DNA of 64,000 nucleotides from contig NC_057719.1 in the NCBI RefSeq assembly GCF_004010195.1, positions 13,688,731-13,752,730 on the forward strand. Reading direction: 5' to 3'. A program made the position numbers and the translations under genes. The notes beneath the pieces are model-generated. The model saw nothing but the letters and a program-made list of their open reading frames with translations. It did no database searches and was not told the DNA's origin. Numbering within the stretch: position 1 is the first letter of the stretch; the number at the start of each line of letters is the position of its first letter. Shown one piece after another: positions 23,431 to 35,639 of this stretch. This DNA comes from Chiloscyllium plagiosum (lineage: Eukaryota).

Positions 23431-25812
23431 TATGTTAAATCAGGGAGCCCCAGCTAACAGATAAAAATGGGAGTGTCAGAGGTTCTGTTCACTCTGAGAG
23501 CTGTCTCAGACTGAGGCAGTACTAAAATAAAGGGTGGTTCATGTGTAGATAAAAGGCAACTTGGTGATGGGATACCAGCCTCTGTGGAGTTACTTCAGTG
23601 GTGAGGAGAGTAAAACACGACTCCAAGGAAACTTGCTCGCAACAGTTATCCTTGAGTTGGGGTAAGCATTTCTTACAGAATTCCTTTATTTGGGAACCTT
23701 GACTCGTTCGAGAACCGGGCCCAGTTTGTGAAAAGAATGCAATATTCTCCCTGGGCAAGTGACATCGTGGCAGATGAAAAGCAACCAGTCTGTCCTGACA
23801 GCCTGCGGGGCCACAGCCTTTTTTGATACTGGGAGCCTAACTTTTCCTGAGGCTCCAGAAAGCAAAACCTTTCAAGTTATTGATGGACATAGTTAAGGCA
23901 TATTATGACCCCCAAGCCTCCTCAAATTCTGAGTTGCTTTCATTTTTACTCAAGTACTGGGGAGAATTTGTACCCAGGAACCTTTGCAGATTAAGGGTTC
24001 AACTTCAGTTCGGGTCTCTTATGAAATTAGTAACCAATAATTGTAGTAAAAGTCTCGGGCCCAAACTTGATAGGACAAAATTCATTGCGACAGATTCACC
24101 TAGATTACCTCAAGTTGAGCTAATTTCAAATTGAGTGAAGTCCTAACTAATACCCAGAAATTTTTTTATGAAGGTCTGGGGATTATCCAGGTGACTTTGC
24201 ACGTTGACCCGGAAGCAATTCCGCATAGCCTAGCCTCCATCCTGGCACCTTTGTATCAAATCCTAAAAAAGGGGTCAGCCTTGAAAATGGTCACATAGAC
24301 AAAACCTACGTTTCAGTGAAGTAAATAAAAAGCTAATATCCTGTAAGGTGTCGGCACACTATACCCCAAGAAAGAGCTAGTATTGACATGTGATGTCTCC
24401 CTGGACCGCATTGGGGTAGTATTCGCTCATAGGTGGCCCTCAATGGAGAGGAACACCCAATAGCTTGTGCATCCAGGATTTTGACGAATGCAAAGTGTTA
24501 ATATGCCCAGAGCAGGAAGGATGGATGGTCATTTTTGGAGTCAGGAAGTACCACCAAAAGCTTTATGGCTGAAAATGTGTGATAATCAAGGACCACAAAC
24601 CCCTATTTGTACAAGACAGAGGACAAAGACAGAACGCAGCTGCTCCCTCACATACGTTGGAATGGCTAGGTAAATCTTGGACTCAGTTGATGTCGGCTAT
24701 GCAAATCCTTTTATGGGCTCACTGTTCTTAGTCACTATGGACACCCACTCAAAGTGGTTGGATGTGCATAGGGTCCATTCATCAAACACGGAGATGATGA
24801 TTGAAAAATTGCACACATCTTTTTTCTATACATGGAGTCTCAGAAGCATTGGTCACAAATAATCAGCCATCATTCACCAGCAGCAAACTTAAGGATTTCC
24901 GAAAGTCAAATGCCATTTGACATATAAGGATAGCTCCATAATCACTCATCATCCAATGGCCTGGCAGAAAGAACAGTCCAAACTTTGAAGGCTGGCTTGA
25001 AGAAATGGCCTACAGCCTCACGAGATACTAAAATGTCACGGTTCGTGTTTATTAGAAGTCCATTGCACATACAACGAGATGAATACCACTGACAGAGTTG
25101 CTAATAGGGAGAAGACTCTGCACCAGGTTAAATCTGATCTTCAAGGACCATGAGAGGAGGGTGAAACAGCATCCAGAATGCCCATGCCAAACACAAGACT
25201 CCCCCATGTGAAAGAAATAGTTTGATACAAGGGACGACATTTGGTGTAAGAATCAAGAAAGTGGCCCTACATGGGTAAGAGATATGGTTGATGTGAGGTC
25301 AGGACCAGTGACCTATAAGGTTCAGGTTGGTGCAATGGTCTTGAACAAGCATGTGAACCATATGAAAGCCACAAAGTCACAAACAATGTGGGAGCAAGAT
25401 GTGCTCTACCCCTCAGAAAGGCTGCTGGAACCCATGGGTTCACCCTCTCCTTCAAGTGCAAACTCTCCAAATCAGAGATGGACATGATGGATATATCTGC
25501 CTCAACACTTTTGCCACTGGAAGAAGAGAGTGAAATTTTACCAAGGTGCTCCTGGTGCAAGAAGCAAACTCCTGTACATTATACATCACTCATATCGATC
25601 ACGGAGTCAGAGGGACCTGACCCAGTTCTAAAATGCCCAAGGAGCCTCTCCAAGAAAGAGGACCGTCCTGTGTCATCGGATTCAGAGAGGGAGGGATGTA
25701 GCAATTGTAAGGAGGTCAGCCAGTTGGACCTCATAGAATATGAGCTCCTTGATTGGGGCTGTTAATCTGGTCCAATCAGGGAGCTCTGTCTGACAGATAA
25801 GAACAGGAATGT

Positions 25813-26034
25813 AACTCTATTTTGATTTAGTCCCTACCCTCCCCTTCACTGTTTTTGATCACACAGCACTGCCCTTTGATGTGTTTTCCTATCTTCCTGG
25901 TGGTGGAATTTGAATAAAGATTCGTGCACTTTGTGTCTTTCACTGTGTCTCACACCTGCACACACACACCATGGGTGCTGGGAAAAAAAAATAAGCACTA
26001 CTGCACTTAGGTGGTAGTGTGGGGGTTCAAAAAC
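25813..26034 (+). mobile_element. Tx1/L1-clade non-LTR retrotransposon, copy 1 (essentially 3' UTR only)
   Basis: Matches the 3' UTR of the neighbouring copies; flanked by aagaacaggaatgt at 25799-25812 and 26035-26048. Confidence 0.8.
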
Positions 26035-26048
26035 AAGAACAGGAATGT

Positions 26049-27094
26049 AACAGATCCAGGCAGTGGGCCGTGGAGGGAGTCGTTAGGGCCGACTGCCTGC
26101 CCCTCTTCCGCGGTTACGTTAGGGCCCGGGTGTCCTTGGAGAAGGAGCACGCGGTGTCCACCAACACCCTGGAGTTATTCAGGGAGAGGTGGGCGCCGCA
26201 GGGAGTGGAGTGCATCATTTCTCCCTCCAACTCTATTTTGATTTAGTCCCTACCCTCCCCTTCACTGTTTTGATCACACAGCACTGCCCTTTGATGTGAA
26301 GGACAGTGTTTGTCACTGGCCACCCGGGTGTTTTCCTATATTCCTGGTGGTGGAAATTGAATAAAGAGTGGTGCACTTTGTGTCTTTCACTGTGTCTCAC
26401 ACCTATACACACACNNNNNNNNNNNNNNNNNNNNNNNNNNNNNNNNNNNNNNNNNNNNNNNNNNNNNNNNNNNNNNNNNNNNNNNNNNNNNNNNNNNNNN
26501 NNNNNNNNNNNNNNNNNNNNNNNNNNNNNNNNNNNNNNNNNNNNNNNNNNNNNNNNNNNNNNNNNNNNNNNNNNNNNNNNNNNNNNNNNNNNNNNNNNNN
26601 NNNNNNNNNNNNNNNNNNNNNNNNNNNNNNNNNNNNNNNNNNNNNNNNNNNNNNNNNNNNNNNNNNNNNNNNNNNNNNNNNNNNNNNNNNNNNNNNNNNN
26701 NNNNNNNNNNNNNNNNNNNNNNNNNNNNNNNNNNNNNNNNNNNNNNNNNNNNNNNNNNNNNNNNNNNNNNNNNNNNNNNNNNNNNNNNNNNNNNNNNNNN
26801 NNNNNNNNNNNNNNNNNNNNNNNNNNNNNNNNNNNNNNNNNNNNNNNNNNNNNNNNNNNNNNNNNNNNNNNNNNNNNNNNNNNNNNNNNNNNNNNNNNNN
26901 NNNNNNNNNNNNNNNNNNNNNNNNNNNNNNNNNNNNNNNNNNNNNNNNNNNNNNNNNNNNNNNNNNNNNNNNNNNNNNNNNNNNNNNNNNNNNNNNNNNN
27001 NNNNNNNNNNNNNNNNNNNNNNNNNNNNNNNNNNNNNAAAATAAGCACTACCGCACTTAGGCGGTAGTGTGGGGGTTTTAAGAAAAAAAAAATT
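26049..27094 (+). mobile_element. Tx1/L1-clade copy 2 (ORF2 end plus 3' UTR, spanning the assembly gap; may be more than one copy)
   Basis: NRSRQWAVEGVVRADCLPLFRGYVRARVSLEKEHAVSTNTLELFRERW; CpG-rich, consistent with a young insertion. Confidence 0.8.
26415..27037. other. Assembly gap (N run)
   Basis: Run of n characters. Confidence 1.
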
Positions 27095-27100
27095 AACAGG

Positions 27101-27686
27101 GAATTCTCCCAGCCCAACTGCTTGTTCTGTGGCGCTGTGGAGTCCGTGGACCACGTGTATATTGGGTGTGGGCGTTTGCACTCCCTTTTTGATTTTCTGA
27201 AAAACCTTCTCCTCTGTTTTTGGCTGCACTTCAGTCCCACGCTCCTGATCTTTGGGCACCCGGTACGGAGGAAGGAGGGCAGGTCTGAAGACCTCCTCGT
27301 GGGTCTGCTCCTGGGCCTGGCCAAACTGGCCATCAACAGATCCAGGCAGCGGGCTGTGGAGGGGGTCATTAGGGCCGACTGCCTGCCCCTCTTCCGCGGT
27401 TACGTTAGAGCCCGGGTGTCTCTGCAGAAGGAGCACGTGGTGTCGACCAACACCCTGGAGTTGTTCAGGGAGAGGTGGGCGCCGCAGGGAGTGGAGTGCA
27501 TTATTTCCCCCTCCAAATTTTGATTTAATCCCTGCCCTCCCCTTCACTGTTTGATCACACAGCATTGCCCTTTGTGTAGGGCACTGCTTGTCACTGGCCA
27601 CTCGGGTGTTTTCCTATCTTCCTGGTGGGTACTGGGGGAAAAACAAGCACTACTTCAGTTAGGCGGTAGTGTGGGGGTTAAAAACA
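27101..27686 (+). mobile_element. Tx1/L1-clade copy 3 (ORF2 C-terminal zinc knuckle plus 3' UTR)
   Basis: CLFCGAVESVDHVYIGC (CCHC motif typical of the L1/Tx1 ORF2 end), LLLGLAKLAINRSR; frame open to 27523. Confidence 0.85.
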
Positions 27687-28165
27687 ATAAACAGGAGTGT
27701 CGGAGTTCTGTAAAATAATAAATAAATAAATAAATAAATAAATAGGAGTGTCAAAACTTCTATTCACTAAAAGAAAAGAACAGGAATGTCAGAGATACTT
27801 ACACTCTGAGAGCTGACTCAGTAATGGGCCGTTCACGTGTAACTAAAGGGTTACTTGGTGACAGGGCGTAGGCCTCTGTGGAGTCATGTCATAGCCATCC
27901 TGAAAGGAAAGAGTGAGTAATTGTAGCAGAGAATACAAATGGGTCAAAATAGGGGTGACTGATGTTTTTTCAAAACACTGACTCGTGTTGAGGTTACCCT
28001 CGACACCTATCCACTCTTGAACATAAAAATGGCAAAGTTAATATGCAGAACAGTAGTTTTGACTTTCCATACATATTAGAAAATACATATCAAGGCTTGA
28101 CAGATAAAATTCCTTTAAAGATTAATTTATATACTTGGTGCATCAGTAGTGACTTTCAGCACTTA

Positions 28166-28336
28166 GTTAAAAATCACACACCAGGTTATAATCCAACAGG
28201 TTTATTTGGAAACACTAGCTTTTGGAGGTGCTGCCTCAAGAGCTAGTGCTTTCAAATAAACCTGTTGGACTATAACCTGGTATTGTGTGGTTTTTAATTT
28301 TGTTCACCCCAGTCCAACACCGGCACCTCCAAATCA
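28166..28336. mobile_element. Palindromic PLE family C derivative
   Basis: Long inverted arms accaggttataatccaacaggtttatttggaaacactagct / agctagtgctttcaaataaacctgttggactataacctggt. Confidence 0.75.
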
Positions 28337-29419
28337 TTTTGGCATTTAAGCATTGTCCTTTTTGGGCTATAGTTATCAGACAGCCCGGGAATCTACCCTA
28401 GTGATGTATGTTGAGGTTTGGGAACTTAATGGTGGGTGTGGATCAGATATTTGACAATCTACTGCAATACCTTCTTAGTAATTGTAGTAGATAGACATTG
28501 AATCTTTGGCAGTTTAATAACAGTTTGTAAAAAGGTACATCAAAACTTCCAGACAATCCAATGAAAGTTCTCTCCTCTTCTGCAGTGAATGTCATATTTA
28601 GATATGCCAAATTCAATGTTTCATAATAAGACTTTATAAGAAATTCAAAGTCTTATGAAAATGTTTATTTGACCTGGAAGGTGCTCTATGACGTGCAAAA
28701 GCTGCTGACATTTCAGAATTCATTGATTTGATATTTTACATCTAGGTTTCAGAGTGCTGGTCATCAGACCGAAATTATAACCCATGATTGTTTCAGGAAC
28801 TTAAATGGACATTTCTTTGAGGAGTGAAAAGTCCATCCTGGGTGGTGCTGTAAAGTGGGTAATATGATAGATGGCTCCTCATACTGTCACAACTATAGGT
28901 CAGAACCCAAAATATTTTGGGCATTTTTAGCCCTTAACAGCATTTTTAGAATTATTTTCAAAAGAAGGCTGATGCTGCCAAAACTGGTTGCTGATTTAAA
29001 TTAAGGAGCTGCCTAGAGAGAGAAAGGGAGAGACCAATAGGAATGTAACAGTTGAAAGAGTCAAGGAAACTTCAAGCAAACTGATTCCCTTGTGACTACA
29101 GCTACTCCTCCAACTTTGGAGCGATTCCGGGGGCAGCTGTTAAATGTTTGTGCTCGCCTCTCTGAATGATGGAGAATTCTCACTGAATAGTTTGATACAT
29201 GGCTCCACATAAGGTGTGTTTGCCAAGTAACCTGCTGGTGTATACTATGAGTGTGACACTGACAGAACACATTGTTGGAAAGAAGATGTCCACCCTCTTG
29301 ACTGCTGACTGGTGCTCAGTGAGGCAAGCCGTCTGACGCTGTTACCGTGCTAGGCTGGACAAAGTGGTGAGCCTGCAGCATGCAGGGACAACATCCCTAC
29401 AGAAGTTCCTCAATGCAGT

Positions 29420-30205
29420 GCCCTTGGCCTAACCATCTTCAGCTGCTTCATCAATGACCTTCCCTCTTTCATAAGGTCATAAGTGGGGATGTTTGCTGGT
29501 GATTACACAATGTTCAGAACCGTTCATGGCTCCATAGATACTGAAACAGTCCATGTGCCAATGCACCAAGCCCTAAGTGGCCAGTCAACATTGATGATGC
29601 ACAAGTCCATGTTCAAATGGAACAAGATCTGGAGAGTATCCAGGCTTAGGGCTGACAAGGAGCAAGTAACATTCATGCTACACAATTGCCAGGCAATGAC
29701 TATTTCCACTAAGAGACAAGTTAACTACCAGCCCTTGACATTCACTGAATCCCCCATTATCAACATCTTTGGGGTTAACAGAAACTCAACTGGACTGACC
29801 ACATAAACACTGGCGACAAGAGCAGGTGCGAGGTTAGGAATACAACGGTAAGGAACTCACCTCCAAGGTCTGTCCACTATCTACAAGGCTCAAGTCAGGA
29901 GTGTGATGGAACATGCCCCACCAGTCTGGCTGGGTGCACCATCCAGGACAAAACAGCCCACTGATTGGCACCATATTCACAAGCATCCACTCCCTCCACC
30001 CACCGACGTTCAGTAGTATCAATGTGTACTATTTACAAGATGCACAGCGAACTTTACCAAAGATTCTTAGACAGCACCTTCCAAACCCATGACCACTTCC
30101 ATGACCACTTCCATCTAAAAGGACGAGGGCAAGTTCCCCTCTATGCCACTCAAAATCCTGACACTAAATTCTGGACAGCCATGTCCCATAAATGAATTAA
30201 AAAAA
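29420..30205 (+). mobile_element. L2/CR1-group LINE RT fragment
   Basis: LGLTIFSCFINDLPS..VGMFAGDYTMF (decayed FADD motif) and TIYKAQVRSVMEHAP. Confidence 0.8.
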
Positions 30206-31839
30206 AGGTGCTAAGTGAATGAGTACTGAGAGCAGGTGAGTAGCCCTAAGATTTTGCCCAGTCCAGTGTGTCCCTGCATGCACAGTGTCCTTGCAGCAGC
30301 AATGCATACATCAAAGTTCAGAAGCATCCTGCTAGTAAGTCAGCAAGGTGCCCTAAGCACTGTCAGTTGTCAGATACCAGCATCTATGCATGTGGTGTGC
30401 ATGTGTCTAATGCCCTGGAACATGTCCTGAGACATTGGTGCCGGTTGTTCAAGATGGCTGCCTGGAGAAGTAAGCAGTGAGCTGAGGTTGCCCCATCTAA
30501 CTTTTGTGTCAGGAATTGTTAACGTCTAGTTTCTTTGACAATCAATGGTTGAATGGGAAACTGCATATTAAGGATTTGAGGTTCGTTGTTAATAAGGCTA
30601 TTAATAATCAATAATCTCTTTTAATAATCATCTCACTGCTCCCTAGTGAGAATCACATCTTAACTCTCGGAACCCTGTTTGAAAATGTAACAAGTTGTTC
30701 CTGACCTCTCTGAGAAAGAGATTTTTCACCATACTGATGCCAGTAAGACACTTAGAAGATGACTCCATTTACATTTTCACTTTGAAGTATACACAAGGAT
30801 TCTGGTTAAAAAGCCAACTTCAACTCTACTGGAGTAGACTAGTGAGACTGAACATTCTCAAGTATATACTTGCTCATATTCATATTACAATGCTATGACA
30901 GTCACAGTCAAAGAAGTATCCCCTCTGTTACAGGTAAAGAGCCTCTCTCACTCTGAGTCCTGTAAACCTGTGAAAGAAGGAGCAGGATGTCAAAGCACTC
31001 TCTCTCAGCTTGTATGTTAGAATTAAAATCAATTGAACTCCAACCCAATTATCAATGTTAGCACTACTGCAGTGGCTGCAGTATGTAGCTATCACAAGCA
31101 AGTCAGAATCTTTTCCATATGTCTTTTTTTTTGGACATACCTTTTATTTCTAACCTGGGGGCATTTGTGTTACGTCTCATGCTTATGAATTAATATGCCC
31201 TCTTTTTGTTCATTCAAGAGTGTCTGTTTAAATTGGCTTCCTTTAAAATATACGTTCACATGGGTCTCAGAGAAGTATCCACAAGAGGTGGGGTCTTTTT
31301 TAGAATTAATCTTGTTGTACGAACTGAGGGGGTGAGTGAATCAAATAGGGAAGTCAGTCTGTCCTTCGCCACCTGGAAGCTCATCAGTAAGGAATATGCT
31401 GCCCAGAATTGTAATTAATTAGGAAACCTTACCCAGGGTTTGGTTGGAATAATGCTTAATTTCATCCACTGCAATGAATATGAATATTAGGAACTAAGTG
31501 AGGTAGATATCACCCAATTGGCATCATCTCAGTTTCATTCTTATAGAAAGATCTTCATTTTATTTTTGAATTTTTAAAAATAATCACACAGGTTCCAAAT
31601 CAATGACAATTCCAGCGAAGAAACCTTCTATCCTTCCCATTTCTGATGCATGCTTCCTACCAGCCTAGTGTTATGGGGTGTCAACTCCCAATGGGTGAAT
31701 AAGGAACCTTTATCACTGTACATTTACTTACTGGAGTCACATTGATATAAAGTTGACAAAGTCAATGAAATATGGAGAAGTGATAAAGCATTGTTTTTTT
31801 TTCTGGCCGGAGCAAAGTATAGAATGCAGCTCCCTAGGG

Positions 31840-32408
31840 TGGGGCTTTGAATCGCTACTTTTCTTGATCTGTATTCATAACTTAGACTCGGGAGTGGAGC
31901 ACAACTTTCAAAATTTGTAAATGAGCCAGATTTTGGAAATAGCCCGAATTGTGAGGAAGCTAATGAAAGGTGTACACAGGAGTGGGAGGATATATGGCCA
32001 ATGAAATTTAATGCCGAAAAGATGGAAGTGATACAGTTTGCTGGGAAGGAAACATGAAATAAAGGATACGATTCAAAAAGGATGGCAGCAGCAGAGGGAC
32101 CCAAATTGCCACAAATTATTGAAGATGTCCGAGCAGATTCCGGAAGTGGTGAATGAAGCACACAGCGTTCTGACCTTTATATATAGAAGCAGAATGCAAC
32201 ACCAAGGAAGTTGTGATGAACATTGTGAACATACTTGTTTGGCCTCAGTTGATGTATTTTTCCCATGTTCTGGGCTTCCACTTTCTAAAGGATGTAAAGG
32301 CTTTAGACAAGGTGCACAAGGGTACAGGAGATTCGTTCTGAGGATGAGGCATGGATGAACTGGTGGAGCTGTGGCTGTTCTCCCTTGGAACAGCAAACTG
32401 AAAGGAGA
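31840..32408 (+). mobile_element. Old CR1 RT fragment
   Basis: Decayed WPMKFNAEKMEVIQF motif. Confidence 0.65.
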
Positions 32409-32409
32409 G

Positions 32410-33357
32410 AAGTATAGTTCGTAAGTTTGCTGATGACACCAAAATTGGAGGGGTAGTGGATAGCGAAGGAGGTCAGCTTAGATTACAATGGGATCTTCAT
32501 CAGATGGGCCAATGGGCTGAGAAGTGGCAGATGGAGTTTAATCTAGATAAATGTGAGGTGCTGCATTTTGGAAAGCAAATCTTAGCAGGACTTATAAACT
32601 TAATGGGAAGGTCCTAGGGAGTGTTGCTGAACAAAGAGACCTTGGAGTGGAGGTTCATAGCTCCTTGAAAGTGGAGTCACAGATAGATAGATAGTGAAGA
32701 AGGCATTTGGTATGCTTTCTTTTATTGGTCAGACTATTGAGTACAGGAGTTGGGAGGTCATGTTGCGGCTGTACAGGACATTGGTTAGGCCACTTTTGGA
32801 ATAATGCTTGCAATTCTGATCTCCTTCCTATCGAAAAGATGTTGTGATATTTGAAAGGGTTCAGTAAAGATTTGCAAGGATGTTGTCAGGGTTGGAGGAT
32901 TTGAGCTACAGGGAGAGGTTGAATAGGCTAGGGCTGTTTTCCCTGGAGCGTCAGAGGCTGAGGGATGACCTTTTTGAGGTTTATAAAGATCATGAGGGGC
33001 ATGGATAAGATAAACAGACAAAGTCTTTTCCCTGGGGTGGGGGAGTCCAGAACTAGAGGGCATAGGTTTAAGGTGAGAGGGGAAAGATATAAAAGAGACT
33101 TAAGAGGCAACATTTTCACTCAGAGGGTGGTACTTATATGGAATGACTTGCCAGAGGAAGTGGTGCCAAACCACTGCAACAATTTAAATTGCAACATTTA
33201 AAAGGCATCTGGATGAGTACATGAATAGAAAGGGTGTGGAGGGATACGGGCCGGGTACTGGCAGGTGGGACAAGATTGGGTTGGGATATCTGGTCGGCAC
33301 GGACGGGTTGGACCGAAGAGTCTGTTTCCGTGCTGTACATCTCTATGACTCTACGAC
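32410..33357 (+). mobile_element. CR1 (HER1-like) LINE, 5'-truncated, about 950 bp
   Basis: KFADDTKIGG, WQMEFNLDKCEVLHFG, NIFTQRVV..WNDLPEEVV and a (ctctatga)-type tail. Confidence 0.95.
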
Positions 33358-33946
33358 TCTAAGTTGTTCAAAACCATCTGCTCAGAGTAGCTCGAGTGAG
33401 ACTGTTCCATTTGGTGGAAACAGATATCTCTAATGCAAGGTGGTTGGTAAAGAAAGCAAGAAGAAAGAGTTTTTTCTACACACAGAATAGATGCGATCTG
33501 GAATGGGTCGCCTGAGAGTGCGGTGGAAGCAGATTCAAATGTGGCTTTCAAAAGGAAATTGGAAAAAAAAAACGCCTGCAGAGAAAAACAGAATTGCAGG
33601 AGGAAAAGTTGGGAATGGGACCAGCAAAGGTACCATCTCAAGGGATGTGATGGGTTGAATAAATTCTTACCATCATTGAACATTCAAATTGCCCCAGATT
33701 CTATATTCACCATCTGTAGTACTGTATTCCTATGTTATGGAGTATGCTCATTTGAATTCTTGAGATGAGCCACAATGCACTCATGCCCTCTGACTGCAGG
33801 ATGGGAGCTGTCGTAAATGGCAATCCTATAATATTAACACAGAATTCATTTTACTGAATGCTCCTTCAGTAATGCAGCAAATCTTTCTGCACTTTGCTCC
33901 TCCCTCCCATATTCAGCAGTTTTGGCTGAATTCCCATTCTTTAATT

Positions 33947-34279
33947 ATAGAATCATGTGAACCCCACGTGTGGAAGCAGGTCATTTGGCCCATCGAGTCC
34001 ACATCATCCCCTCTGAAGGCTATCCCACCCAGACCCTCCCCAACCCTATAGTCCTGCATTTTCCCATTGCTAATCCACATCCCTGGACAATTTAGCATGG
34101 CCAATCTACCTAACCTGCACATTCTTGGACTGTGGGAGGTAAACAGAGCACCCAGAGGAAACCCAGACAGACACAGGAGAATGTACAAACTCCACACAGT
34201 CACCCAAGGCTGAAATTGAACTCAGGTCCCTGGTGCTATGAGCCAGCAGTACTTTACACTGAGCCACTATGCTATCCCA
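33947..34279 (-). mobile_element. HE1-type V-SINE
   Basis: Reverse complement of head, V-domain and tail. Confidence 0.88.
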
Positions 34280-34927
34280 ATGATTTAGGCAAAGATGTTG
34301 CTATCAGTATCTCCCTCAGGATTATTTTCTCAAAGGCCATGGAATGTAAAAAGGGTTGATTATTCTTGAAATCTGGCCTTCACAATCACATTTAATACCA
34401 AAGCATGTCTTTGTACTGTAATTATCACAGCAAGTGAACATCAATTTCATCTACATATCTTCAAACCTTATAATAATCTGAATGTTGGACTTCACATTCA
34501 ATTTTAAAACATTCGTGTATATAAAATTAGTATGTATTGCAAGTACCATCTCCTCATGGTAATCAATGGTTTCAACCTCTCATAATTTATCCAATATCCT
34601 CACACTCAAATCCAGTTGCTAGTCCATATTTTGGTTATTTTGATTCCTTTGTTGTACTGCACTTTCTGCACCGCTAAATACAACAGAGTGCAAAATTATG
34701 GTCCAGCAAGTGATGCCTTTAAATCAATTATTAATCTCCAGAGGTAAGCGAATAATGTTTGGCTAATTGGACTGGAATAAGCTCTGGCAGCCTTAGCCAA
34801 GTCTGTAATACCTGACATGAGCCAGTAATCACATTTACAAGAAAATCTGAATTCAGACAGAATATTAACTAAAACTGCAGTTCCACATCATGGCACCCAC
34901 AAAAAGAGAATAATTGATAGCCCCAAG

Positions 34928-35128
34928 TGTATTACAGGCTGTAACATAACTGAAGAGCTCATGTGGTATATGTATAATGAATGCTTGCAAATGAGTTACA
35001 GGCTGGAATCTAATCGAGGGGTTCAAATAGTTTTATAAAGAGAATAATGGATTCCTGAGAGTAAGCCAGAAATTGGAATCTATTTAAGTAGTTTATATAT
35101 AGAATGATAAATACGTGAGAATGAGTCA
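34928..35128 (+). repeat. Degenerate tandem repeat, about three units of 60-70 bp
   Basis: Recurring ttacaggctg(g)aa.cta and tttata.a.agaat blocks. Confidence 0.55.
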
Positions 35129-35639
35129 TGTACACCGACACAGAGAACTAGCCGTAGCTGATCTGCAGCTTCACAACTGCTTCACAACTTCACTGAAGAA
35201 ACAAGCACTGGTTGATCACACGTAAGAGTCCTTAAAATGATTTTTCTGTTAGTACTAAAACATTGGGCTAAATGGCTTCCATCTATGTCATACATACTTC
35301 ATGTTTTCTAGCTTTCAGTATTAAATCCATTGCTTTCCAGATATATATTCAGCACCTAGACTCAAATAGCATATTGTAAGTTTAAAATTTGCACATGACT
35401 GTGTGGAACTTGTTATCTGCAATGCAATCAATACTGAGTCTGGATTCCACTATCGACCCATTAGCTCCAGCCCCGTGTTGAAGAGTCCACATAAACCTGG
35501 ACAATCGAGTTGAATTTCATCAAAGACACAGCCCATTAATCGGTATGACCTTGTAAAATTCGAATCAATGGGAGAGGAGGAGGAGTTGGGGATGGGCAGG
35601 GTGGGGAATAGCATGGAAACCTCTACAAGATAGTTGTGG

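Larger units (their letters stand above)
22900..27891 (+). mobile_element. Decayed Gypsy (Mag-like) LTR retrotransposon with both LTRs, each carrying nested insertions
   Basis: 5' LTR 22900-23597 (TG..CA, then PBS-like gtggtgaggag). RNase H remnant (LVLTCDVS..IGVV..HPIACASRIL). Integrase (YANPFMGSLFLVTMDTHSKWLDV; SSNGLAERTVQTLKAGLKK). Purine tract agagagggaggga. 3' LTR 25697-27891 shares ggtcagccag.tggacctcatagaatatgag and gcctctgtggagt with the 5' LTR. Confidence 0.85.

Noticed and set aside
26233..27601. Long ORFs of 230-404 aa in the ORF track
   Set aside because: Artefacts of translating through the N gap
25799..27789. Repeat-spacer pattern reminiscent of CRISPR
   Set aside because: The intervening segments are overlapping pieces of one LINE, lengths vary widely, the context is eukaryotic and there are no cas genes
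28626..28656. 10-bp inverted repeat ataagacttt/aaagtcttat
   Set aside because: Short and AT-rich; plausible by chance
28885..29258. tgtcaca...tgtgaca bounded segment as a solo LTR
   Set aside because: No TSD and no second copy in the window
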